Below are positions 1 through 9,155 of a stretch of 34,349 nt of DNA, piece after piece. Made by a program: the position numbers and the translations under genes. The stretch's first letter is position 1. Each line of letters begins with the position of its first letter. Source of the DNA: Octopus bimaculoides (taxonomy: Eukaryota); NCBI RefSeq assembly GCF_001194135.2, contig NC_068982.1:14159669-14194017 (forward strand), in the 5' to 3' direction. Under the pieces are notes generated by a model, which made no database searches, was not told where the DNA came from, and was given only the letters and a program-made list of their open reading frames with translations.

Positions 1-213
1 AATTAACTGATCCTCCTGTATTTTCTTTTACCCAAAGCCAAGAACTTTACAGCATCTCCTCTTGTCTGTGTGTTTATGTGTGTATGTGTTGGGTGCATGT
101 GTATGTATGTATATGCATGTATATAAGTGTGTGTATGTATGTATATGTATGTATATAAGTGTGTGACTTTGTGTTTTTGCTTGTCCCATCCACCATTCAT
201 TCACAACCAGTAA
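1..213 (+). repeat. Exact duplicate of 385-597 abutting a 10-N gap (probable assembly overlap)
   Basis: 1-213 and 385-597 read identically (offset 384; the ORF track gives identical 65-aa ORFs at 3..200 and 387..584); N gap at 214-223. Confidence 0.85.
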
Positions 214-229
214 NNNNNNNNNNATATAT

Positions 230-447
230 ATGAGGGAGTGCTGAAAAGTTCCTGGCTTTAAGGGTATCACAAAGGTTTGGTCAGAGGCCTGACCTTCCAA
301 GTTGTTTTACAATGCTTAGAAAAACTGCGGGACCACTGCAATAAGTGCATGGGTCTGAGAGGGGAATATGTTGAATAAAATCCTAATTAACTGATCCTCC
401 TGTATTTTCTTTTACCCAAAGCCAAGAACTTTACAGCATCTCCTCTT
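230..447 (+). mobile_element. Mariner-derived MITE retaining the transposase C-terminus
   Basis: Left TIR TGAGGGAGTGCTGAAAAGTTCCTGGCTTT (231-259) and inverted AAAGCCAAGAACTTTACAGCATCTCCTC (418-445); 319-378 encodes EKLRDHCNKCMGLRGEYVE*, like the mariner W.KC...GDYVE terminus; TA on the left. Confidence 0.75.
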
Positions 448-750
448 GTCTGTGTGTTTATGTGTGTATGTGTTGGGTGCATGTGTATGTATGTATATGC
501 ATGTATATAAGTGTGTGTATGTATGTATATGTATGTATATAAGTGTGTGACTTTGTGTTTTTGCTTGTCCCATCCACCATTCATTCACAACCAGTAATAG
601 TATTTTTATGACCTGTAACTTAGCATTTCAGTAAAAGAGACCGATGGAGTAAGTATCAGACTCGGGGTGCAATTTGTTTGACTAAATCCTTGAAGAGAGT
701 GCCCCAGCATGGCCACAGTCCACTGACTGAAATGAGTTAAAAATATAAGA
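448..750 (+). mobile_element. CORE-type tRNA SINE (octopus OR2-like), microsatellite plus 3' half
   Basis: TG/TA repeat followed by GTAACTTAGC...AAAAGAGACCGAT...CCAGCATGGCCACAGTC...GACTGAAA, matching the 3' half of the copy at 17920-18357. Confidence 0.7.
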
Positions 751-816
751 GAAAAAACATTATCTCTTTATTTGTTAACAAAAACTGTATTTTAAGAGAA
801 TTTTGATTTTTCTACT

Positions 817-1104
817 ATCATCATCATCGTCATCGTTTAACATCCACTTTCCATGTTGACATGGGTTGGACGGTTTGACTGAGCCAGAAGGCAGCACCAG
901 GCTCCAATCTGATCTGGCAAAGTTTCTACAGCTGGATGCCAGTCAGCCAGCACTGGCAATGACCACGCTCAAATGGTGCATTTTACAAGCCACTGGCACA
1001 GGAGCCAGCCAAGCAGCACTGATAGTGACCATGCTCGAATGGTGCATTTTACATGCCACCGGCATGGGACCAGTCAGGTGGCACTAGCATCGACCATGCT
1101 CAAA
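817..1104 (-). mobile_element. RTE-like non-autonomous retroelement, (GAT)n tail, with 65-bp units and an internal deletion
   Basis: (ATC)n-GTTTAACATCCACTTTCCATG...GGCAGCACCAGGCTCCAATCTGATCTGGC...CTACAGCTGGATGCC, then about 2.5 units of the repeat seen at 21699-22285. Confidence 0.8.
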
Positions 1105-1440
1105 ATTAGCTTATTAAACATCAACCACTTCTTCTTCAGGTATTTTCCCAAATCTTCAAGATATGCTGCAACAAGTTGACAAGACTGTGCCAACAATTCA
1201 CCGATTGACTAATTGATCATGTTAATGAGAAAGCCTTAATGTGCTTGCTTCACTGCTAAGAACAGCATCCATGTTACCTTCATGTTGCTCACTGCCATAT
1301 TAAAAGATGTTACATTGAACAATATACTCCTTGTTCCTTTGCCTATGAAAAGACAGGATAATTATAAGTGGAATGTCTTTGATTATGGAACTGCTTACTA
1401 TTGCTAACCTGAGATTAAGCACAAAGAACAATGCATTTTT

Positions 1441-1622
1441 GTCAAAATGCTTAGTGGTATTGCGCCTGTCTTTGTGTTCTGAGTTCAAATTCTGCCGAGG
1501 TCAAATTTGCCTTTTATCCTTTCAAGGTTGATAAATTGAGTACCAGTTGAGTACTGGGGTTGACCTAATCAAATGGCCCACTCCCCAAAAATTTCAGGCC
1601 TTGTACCTAGAGTAGAAAAGAC
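1441..1622 (+). mobile_element. Meta-domain tRNA SINE, 5'-truncated
   Basis: GTTCAAATTC B box plus GCCGAGGTCAAATTTGCCTTTTATCCTTTCAAGGTTGATAAATTGAGTACCAG, like the Meta/Sauria-SINE central domain. Confidence 0.75.
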
Positions 1623-1761
1623 TTTCTGATAAAAAGAATTTTTATAAACCAAAATACTACATGATATAAAGACTTGTTTTCATATCAAATATCAAAATAC
1701 TAACAATGAGATGCCAGAATGGTGCTTGTGCCTTAGCCATACCTATGTACCATAAAGTAAA

Positions 1762-1934
1762 GTTCTGTGGTTGAGAACTTTGCTTCCCAAACATATTGTT
1801 CTGGGTTCAGTTCTACTGTGTGACATTTTAGTCTTCTTTTATAGCTCCAAACTGACTGAAGCCTTGAGACTAGATTTGGTAGACAGGAACTGAAAGAATC
1901 CCATTATATGTATGTATGTATATGTATGTATGTA

Positions 1935-1969
<35 letters not shown>

Positions 1970-2206
1970 ATGCCATTGTGTCTGTGTTTGTCCCTACCAG
2001 CTTGACAACTGATGTTGATGTGTTTATGTCCCTGTAACTTAGCGGTTCAGTAAAAGACATTGATAAAATAAGTTCCAGGCTTAAATAGAAACTTTAAAAA
2101 GGAAATGTACTGGAGGCAATTTAGTCAAGTGACTAAAAGTTCTGTGTGGGAGTGCCACAGCATGGCCACAGCCTACTGACTGAAACAAGTAAGAGGTAAA
2201 AGAGAA
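1762..2206 (+). mobile_element. CORE-type tRNA SINE, diverged full-length copy
   Basis: Head GGGTTCAGTTC, GATTTGGTAGACAGGAACTGAAAGAA, internal (TATG)n(TG)n, tail CAGCATGGCCACAG...GACTGAAACAAGTAAGAG. Confidence 0.8.
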
Positions 2207-2254
2207 TCTCAGATAGATTCTTGGAAATCACAGAAGCTATAAATCCAAGAATTT

Positions 2255-2650
2255 CTTTTCACTTCTTTTACTTTTTTACTTGTTTCAGTCATTTGACTGT
2301 GGCCATGCTGGAGCACTGCCTTTAGTCGAGAAAATCGACCCCAGGACTTATTCTTTGTAAGCATAGTATTTATTCTATCGTTCTCTTTTTGCCGAACCGC
2401 TAAGTTACGGGGACGTAAGCATACCAGCATCGATTGTCAAGCGATGTTGGGGGGGGGGACAAACAGAGACACACAAACACACACACACACATATATATAT
2501 ATACATATATACAACGGGCTTCTTTCAGCTTCCATCTACCAAATCCACTCAAGGCTTTGGTCAGCCCGAGGTTATAGTAGAAGACACTTGTCCAAGGTGC
2601 CACGCAGTGGGACTGAACCTGGAACCATGTGGTTGGTAAGCAAGCTACTT
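2255..2650 (-). mobile_element. CORE-type tRNA SINE, full-length
   Basis: Reverse complement of the 17920-18357 copy along its whole length, including CCAAGGTGCCACGCAGTGGGACTGAACC. Confidence 0.9.
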
Positions 2651-3124
2651 ACTTCACACAAGCTTCTAATCACCAAAAATTAGCATTAAAAAATAATTTG
2701 AAATTAACTTACCAAAATTAACATATTAATAATATTGATAACAATATTGGTAATTTTGACCCCTGCTGAGAAAAGTTAGCTAACAACTTCTCTGGTTTCT
2801 GGTTTCTTCCATCACGTCTTGGCATTCCATCACCAGTCTATGTACACATATGATTAATTCTTTTATGATGACATTTTCATTGCTGTTAGTAACTTTACAG
2901 CTATGTTAATGCCAAAAACCCAGACTGTGTCCAGCTAAGTTATTTAATATGTCTATAAATGTATTTTATTACAAATAACAGTGCCCATTCATCTGAGGTT
3001 ATTGCATTTTATTTTATTATATTAAAATGCTCTGGAAATGACTATGTTTTTAATACTTACCGTGTTCGCTACTAAAAATGCTTCCAGACAAAAATATTTT
3101 CATTATATCTGCAAGATACTGTTT

Positions 3125-3277
3125 CTATTATTATTGTCATTATTATTGCTGTTGCTGTTGCTGTTGTTATTATTATTATCATCATCATCAATATTATTTT
3201 ATTATTATTATTATAATTATTATTATTATTATTGTTATTATTATTATTATTATCATCATTATCATCATTATTATTAT

Positions 3278-3308
<31 letters not shown>
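3125..3308. repeat. Compound (ATT)n/(ATC)n/(AGT)n microsatellite
   Basis: Direct reading of the trinucleotide runs. Confidence 0.9.
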
Positions 3309-3309
3309 C

Positions 3310-3500
3310 AAGGCAATGAGCTGGTAGAATCATTAGCACGCTGGACGAAATGCTTAGCAGTATTCCGCCCATCGCTCAGTTCTGAGTTCAAATTCTGTTG
3401 AGGTCGACCTTGCATTTCATCCATTTTTTTTTGTGGTGGGGTGGGGGTGTTCAATAAATTAAAGTACCGGTAAAACACTGGAGTCAATGTAAATAGCCAG
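3310..3500 (+). mobile_element. Meta-domain tRNA SINE
   Basis: AAGGCAATGAGCTGGTAGAATCATTAGCACG head, GTTCAAATTC, GAGGTCGACCTTGCATTTCATCC. Confidence 0.8.
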
Positions 3501-3506
3501 TTTACC

Positions 3507-3646
3507 CCTGGATAGGACACTGCTCCATTGCAAGATAACTCACTTTTACCAGCTGAGTGAAATAAAGGATCGTACCCAAGAACACAATGTACTGCTTGGT
3601 CCAGGGTATGAGTCCGACACCCGAACCACTAAGCCATGCACCTCCA
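3507..3646 (-). mobile_element. V-domain-like tRNA SINE, degenerate
   Basis: Reverse complement GGAGGTGCATGGCTTAGTGGTT...ATTGTGTTCTTG...ACTCAGCTGGTAAAAGTGAGT...GTCCTATCCAGGGG aligns to 31031-31210. Confidence 0.6.
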
Positions 3647-3954
3647 GAAGAGTGCTACCAAGAATATTCCCTTGATCTCTTTCTTTAATGATCCTTTCTT
3701 CAGATAAAGCCAGCTGTTTCTTCTCATCTCATCTCTTTCAAGCTTTTTAGAAATCCTTATGTGAAGCTTCTTTCTTTCAAAGTTTGATTTCTCTTATTTC
3801 CCATTTTCCAGCTTTTTATTTTTGAACTCTAAGATATTCTGATAAGATATTCCTTTTCACCTAAACTCCTTAAAAACTGTTTACTTTTTTTTCTTTACCT
3901 CTTTGGTACCCATTAACCTTCATTCTCCTTTCCTTTTCCTTCATTTAACTCTAT

Positions 3955-4054
3955 TTCTTCTTCTTCTTCTTCTTCTTCTTCTTCTTCTTCTTCTTCTTCT
4001 TCTTCTTCTTCTTCTTCTTCTTCTTCTTCTTCTTCTTCTTCTTCTTCTTCTTCT
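3955..4054. repeat. (CTT)n microsatellite, about 33 units
   Basis: Perfect trinucleotide run. Confidence 0.95.
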
Positions 4055-4108
4055 GCTCCAGCATGGTGACAGTCAAATGACTGAACGAAGTAAAAGAATA
4101 AAAGAATG
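4055..4108 (+). mobile_element. CORE-type SINE 3' tail fragment
   Basis: GCTCCAGCATGGTGACAGTCAAATGACTGAACGAAGTAAAAGAATAAAAGA matches the tail at 18305-18357. Confidence 0.7.
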
Positions 4109-4123
4109 TTTCAAAATAAAAAC

Positions 4124-4387
4124 TGGTATGTTATGTGATAATTGTTCCATAAATGATTGTATGCAATAATGCTGAAATACCAGATCTTCAGAAAAGTATT
4201 GTAATTCAAATATTTACCATGTCCCTTACAGCTGTATCTTTGCACTGTCAACCACCCTATGTTAGTTGATAAAGCAAAGACACAGATGGTACATAGTACT
4301 GACTTGAATTACAATACTCATCTGAAGATCTGGTATTTCAAGAATATTTGTGTAGTTGTTTATGTAATGTTATCACATAACGTACCA
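4124..4387. mobile_element. Old foldback (palindromic) element, arms about 125 bp, loop about 12 nt
   Basis: TGGTATGTTATGTGATAA...TGAAATACCAGATCTTCAGA..AGTATTGTAATTCAA...CTGTATCTTTGC is mirrored by GCAAAGACACAG...TTGAATTACAATACT..TCTGAAGATCTGGTATTTCA...TTATCACATAACGTACCA. Confidence 0.65.
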
Positions 4388-4473
4388 ATATTTGCTAGAG
4401 AAACACATGTAAGATTAAGTAATTCTCGATGCTGCAATAAAAACATTTAAATCAACCCTCCTGTTTTATTCCA

Positions 4474-4477
<4 letters not shown>

Positions 4478-4537
<60 letters not shown>

Positions 4538-4700
4538 ATCATCATCATCATCATATTTATATATATATATCATCATATACATATACAAATACATATGTAT
4601 GTATATACATATACATGAATGCATATGTATATATGTATGTACACACACAAACATACACACCACACACATACACACCACACATGCAAATACACAAACACAT
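4478..4700. repeat. (TA)n, (ATC)n and CA-rich simple repeats
   Basis: Direct reading. Confidence 0.85.
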
Positions 4701-5094
4701 AGTATAAAGAGTTCTCTGTACGACTGTATTTATGTGTGAGGGTCAAAATATATTAATGGTATTTGCTGAAAATCAAATAGATGAAATGTTTCCAGTTAAT
4801 AAACTTGAAGATTTATTGAACAAAGATATCGGAAGATGAATAAATTCAAAGCTCTTTGCTAAATGTGGAACTGGTGTGAAAAGCCATTTACGCTAGAACT
4901 AGAAATACATTGAGTCAAAATCACTCAACAAACCTCTTCTTTAAATGAAAGACATTATTAAATTAATTCAAGGTTTCATACTTATTGATTTAATGGAATT
5001 ATAAAGCTACCTATCAGGTTTTATGTAATTCTTAATTTAAATTTACACAACTGAAATAAAGAGAAATATTGCTGGTATTTGGGGAATTAGCATG

Positions 5095-5108
5095 TAATAA
5101 TAATAATG

Positions 5109-5165
<57 letters not shown>

Positions 5166-5186
5166 GTCACAATGATAATAATAATA
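5095..5186. repeat. (AAT)n microsatellite
   Basis: Direct reading. Confidence 0.95.
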
Positions 5187-5527
5187 AACTATTGCCACAG
5201 GTGAAGGAAGGAAGAGGGGAACAATACAAAGAGAGACATAAAGTGTTGGGGTCTACATATAATGAAATAAAATTATATATGTGTATGTATANNNNNNNNN
5301 NNNNNNNNNNNNNNNNNNNNNNNNNNNNNNNNNNNNNNNNNNNNNNNNNNNNNNNNNNNNNNNNNNNNNNNNNNNNNNNNNNNNNNNNNNNNNNNNNNNN
5401 NNNNNNNNNNNNNNNNNNNNNNNNNNNNNNNNNNNNNNNNNNNNNNNNNNNNNNNNNNNNNNNNNNNNNNNNNNNNNNNNCATATACTTATATATCATCA
5501 TCATCATCGTCATTGTTTGATGATGAT

Positions 5528-5568
<41 letters not shown>

Positions 5569-5639
5569 AACATATATATTAAGTATAGATGGTATACAAT
5601 AAAACAAAGGGAGGCATACATAGTATAAAACAGGAAAAT

Positions 5640-5773
5640 GAAAGGAGGAGAAGGAGGAAGAGGAGGTGGATGAAGAGGAGGAGGATGAAGAGGAGGTGGA
5701 TGAAGAGGAGGATGAAGAGGAGGTGGATGAAGAGGAGGGGGATAAAGAGGAGGAGGATGAAGAGGAGGAGGAT
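5640..5773. repeat. Purine-rich (GAG/GAT/GAA) minisatellite
   Basis: Repeated GGATGAAGAGGAGG(A/T) units. Confidence 0.85.
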
Positions 5774-5776
5774 GTA

Positions 5777-5992
5777 AAGGCAGTGAGCTGGCAGAATCAT
5801 TACAACACAGGGAAAATGCTCAGTGACATTTTATCCCTCTTTATGTCCTGAGTTCAAATTTCACCAAGGTCAACTTTGCTTATCATCCTTTCAAGCTTGA
5901 CAACATAAGTACCAGCTGAACAATGGGGTCGATGTAACTGACTTACCCCTTCCCCTAATATCGCTGGCTTTGTGCCAAAACTTAAAACTGTT
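5777..5992 (+). mobile_element. Meta-domain tRNA SINE
   Basis: AAGGCAGTGAGCTGGCAGAATC head, GTTCAAAT, CCAAGGTCAACTTTGC...CATCCTTTC, tail GCTGGCTTTGTGCCAAAA followed by (ATT)n. Confidence 0.8.
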
Positions 5993-6004
5993 AATATTAT
6001 TATT

Positions 6005-6245
6005 AAGGTGGTGAGCTGGCTGAATGGTCAGTGCTTCAGACAGGATACTACTTTGCAGCATTTCTTCCAAAGCTTTATATTCCCAATTTCAAATCCCACT
6101 TAGGTAAACTTTGCTTTTCATTCTTTTAGGGTTGATAAAATTAATACCATTTGAGGACCGGGGAGGGGGGAGGAGGAGCATGTAATCAATTTATCATTCC
6201 CCTAAAATTGCTGGCCTTGAGTCAAAATTTGAAATCAACATTATT
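6005..6245 (+). mobile_element. Meta-domain tRNA SINE in tandem with the preceding copy
   Basis: AAGGTGGTGAGCTGGC head directly after the previous (ATT)n tail; GGTAAACTTTGCTTTTCATTCTTTTAGGGTTGATAAAAT; tail AAATTGCTGGCCTTG..AAAATTTGAAA. Confidence 0.7.
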
Positions 6246-6624
6246 ATTGTTTTTCTTGTTGTTCTTGCTGTCGTTGATGAAGATGGTGATGTAATCAGAG
6301 CAGAATTCCAGTGTATAATGGTCTGCACATTTCTTTTTTTTATTATTTTTGTGATGCTGTCATCCACCATTAAATTCATCCAGTACAATAGGGAGAGAAT
6401 TATTGGCCTTCAGCAAACCTATAATTCTGCCATATTCTTGTTCAATAATGCTTCTGCAACATTGATTGAGATTTTGTTCCTGGAATCTATAATCTGAAGG
6501 TCAACAATCTGGAAATGTTGCTGATTCTTTCATTCTTACTTTGCAAGTTAACACCTTTTTTTTCATGCAATCTTTGCAGCAATAATTCATTCTTACCCAC
6601 CCACCTGTCATGCTCACATCATAA

Positions 6625-6830
6625 CAGTGGATTGGCAGAATTAGTAGAATGCTGAAGAAATTCCATTCACTTGTTTTATTACATCTCTTTATATTCAGAC
6701 TTCAAATCTTACTGAGGTAGTCTTTGCTATTCTTCCTTCTGGAGTTTGATAAAATACACTTCCACCCAAGTACTACTATACCTCATCTCCAAATTTGGGG
6801 CTTAGTGTTTATGTTGTGAAAGATTAATAT
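6625..6830 (+). mobile_element. Meta-domain SINE, highly degenerate
   Basis: TTGGCAGAATTAG, TTCAAATC, GAGGTAGTCTTTGCTATTCTTCCTT..GATAAAATA. Confidence 0.45.
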
Positions 6831-6843
6831 TATCATTATATTT

Positions 6844-7348
6844 TACGAGGGGAGGTCAAAAAAGTAATGCTATTTTCTTTAGGACAGGAATAATGACCAA
6901 CACAGGAGCATGTATCATACATCAAAATGAAGCTGGTCCTCTGTGGATCACATCCCTACTTCTCAATATAGTCACTGTTTCTCTCAATAGCCATGTTCCA
7001 CCTTCAAATGAGAGCATGTATCCCTGCCCTGTAAAATTCTGTTGACTGTTCTTTGAGCCACTACTTCACTAAAGTTTTCACTTCCTCGTCACTGGAATAA
7101 CGTTTGCCTCTCAAACCTTCTTTCATGGGGCCGAAGAGAAGATAGTCTGAAGGCGCTAAATTATTCCAGTGATGAGGAAGTGAAAACTGTAGTGAAGAAG
7201 TGGTTCAAAGAACAGCCAACATAATTTTACAGGGCAGGGATACATGCTCTCATTTGAAGGTGGAACATTGCTATTGAGAGAAACGAGGACTATGTTGAGA
7301 GGTAAGGATGTGATCCACAGAGGATGTGATCCACAGAGGATGTGATCC
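6844..7348. mobile_element. Mariner-derived element with two inverted 3' ends (164-bp arms), right terminus lost
   Basis: TA+CGAGGGGAGGTCAAAAAAGT terminus; 6937-7100 is the reverse complement of 7161-7324 (13 mismatches, no gaps); the minus strand of about 6953-7160 reads LAPSDYLLFGPMKEGLRGKRYSSDEEVKTLVK*WLKEQSTEFYRAGIHALI*RWNMAIERNSDYIEK*, the mariner C-terminus. Confidence 0.9.
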
Positions 7349-8628
7349 TTCTTGTTCTCCTTGTCTTTACACCAGATGTCACTCCAAAACCTTTGACTTT
7401 CCAATGTTATTTGGTATCAACTTTTCGTCTGTACACTCTCCAATTATTTCTTTGTAGAATCTTTTCTGATCTACTCTGAATAACCTATTCTTTGGTCGTA
7501 TCTTACTATCTTTGCATTCTTTGCAATGAGGCACTATTTTAATTCCTCCATTACCAATTTCAGGCCCTTTCTTTCAGTATCATACTTCCTGTTCAGTGCC
7601 CTGTATTTTTGCTTGCTTTTAAGCTCCCCTTCTCTTTTCAGTCTAATACAAAAATGTCTTTCCAAAGTATATCTAACCCCGCCTGTATTCTTCTTTTCCA
7701 CCATGGATCTTTTCTTTCGTCACTCCCATTATATTTCTTTTTCTTGACATCAACACCCACATTTTCTGCTACAACAATACTTGCTACCTTGATCAAATTG
7801 TTTCTTTCTGTGATGTTTTTTGTTCTGATGTATTTCAGAATTTCATTCACATTTTCCATTTCTCAGTTCAATTTCCACCGATCAACCTTTTTAAGGTTGC
7901 AAATAATGTCACTATCATTCTCTTGTTGTCTTACCTTTATTCTGTCATAGATTGCCTTTTACCCATCTCTTATGTCACCATTAGTTTAGTTTTATCGTCT
8001 TCTTCCAAACTATCTAAATATGTCTCATTGAGCAAGCTATCACTGTTCCTTTCCTGTGGTTTATTAGAGATCTCACCTGTTTTCTGCTATGAGATTACTT
8101 TTATCAGTAGGAACTGTATTTTCATCGTTTCCTCTGCAGCTGTTTTCCAATACCCGTCTTTTAATAGCTTCGAACTCTACTTCTGTGAACCAACGATTTT
8201 TTTCTTATTGCTCTAGCTTGATCACATAATCTCTGTTCCATGAGTTGAAACAATCCTCTTTCTCGCCGTTGATCATACATACGTTGTTGATATCCCCTAA
8301 GATGAACACCATTTTCGTTTATGGGATTGCTCAGGTAGTAACATTCTGTGACCACAGCATTGACTTGTTTGCTCCATCTACACCATGGTCCCTTGCTGGT
8401 TCCTTGCTGGATAACAACAGGCTGGAGTTGGACCAGTACCTCAGAGCCTGCCGGGTGTAACACTGTCACCATCAAGGGCTTCAGTTTCATTACCGTATTT
8501 TGTCTTTTCATTGTCACTCATATGAGGTAGCGATTATCAGGTTGCGCAGTTACCAGTGTTTTTATTGTGACACCATCACTAGATGTATCATCAATCAGAG
8601 CATAGGAAGATTCCATCCATTTCCTTTC
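7349..8628 (-). mobile_element. Dong/R4-clade non-LTR retrotransposon relic (5' region and pre-RT ORF only, decayed)
   Basis: Frameshifted translation: WSKQVNAVVTECYYLSNP...RGYQQRM...EQRLCDQARAIRK / NRWFTEVEFEAIKRRV / KNITERNNLIKVASIVVAENVG...KDPWWKRRI / NRLFRVDQKRFYKEI / ESQRFWSDIW, characteristic of R4/Dong ORF N-termini; next to an (AAT)n run. Confidence 0.8.
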
Positions 8629-8789
8629 ATTATTATTATTATTATTACCACTGATATTATTATTTTTATTTTTTTACTATTTGGCATTGTTAATATTTCC
8701 TCTGATCCAACATGAGTTTTGGCAAAATTATTATTATTATCATTATTATTATCATCATTATTATTATTATCATTATTATTATTATTATT
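8629..8789. repeat. (ATT)n-rich simple repeat tract
   Basis: Runs at 8629-8650 and 8725-8789. Confidence 0.85.
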
Positions 8790-8985
8790 AAGGCAGTGAG
8801 CTGACAGAATGCTTAAGCACACCGGGCAAAATGCTTAGAGGCATTTTGTCTGCAGCTACATTCTTGGTTCAAATTTCGCCAAGGTTGACTTTGTGTTTCA
8901 TTCTTTCAGGGTCAATGAAATAAATACCAGTTATGCACAGGGGTCGAAATATTTTCAAGGCCTTGTGCCTATAGTAGAAAAGATT
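8790..8985 (+). mobile_element. Meta-domain tRNA SINE with internal deletion
   Basis: AAGGCAGTGAGCTGACAGAATG head, GGTTCAAATTTCGCCAAGGTTGACTTTG, tail AAGGCCTTGTGCCTATAGTAGAAAAGA followed by (ATT)n. Confidence 0.8.
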
Positions 8986-9011
8986 ATTATTATTATCATT
9001 ATTATTAAGAA

Positions 9012-9155
9012 AAGGCAGAAGGTTGGTAGAATCATTAGCATGCTGGACGAAATGCTTAGTAGTATTTCGCCCATCACAACATTGAGTTCAAATTCCAGCA
9101 AGGTTGACTTTGCCTTTTATCCTTTCAGGGTCGATAAATTAATACCACTGAGCAA
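9012..9155 (+). mobile_element. Meta-domain tRNA SINE, 3'-truncated, in tandem
   Basis: AAGGCAGAAGGTTGGTAGAATCATTAGC, GAGTTCAAATTCC, GGTTGACTTTGCCTTTTATCCTTTCAGGGTCGATAAATTAATACCA. Confidence 0.8.

Noticed and set aside
1105-1210. Minus-strand peptide ELLAQSCQLVAAYLEDLGKYLKKKWLMFNKL resembling a LINE RT segment after YADD
   Set aside because: Too short, and the YADD motif itself is absent; the similarity is only impressionistic.
3038-3401. Poly-L, N, I, Y and S ORFs (also 3903-4169 and 5069-5569)
   Set aside because: Trinucleotide microsatellite translations.
4232-4408. Candidate 177-nt exon (CTTACAG acceptor, GTAAGA donor, open frame)
   Set aside because: Lies within the 4124-4387 palindrome and the peptide is unrecognisable; the mirror-image minus-strand candidate has stops in all frames.
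5589-5851. Acidic (DEEEE) and Arg-rich ORFs
   Set aside because: Translations of a GAG/GAT minisatellite running into a SINE head; no coding complexity or splice context.
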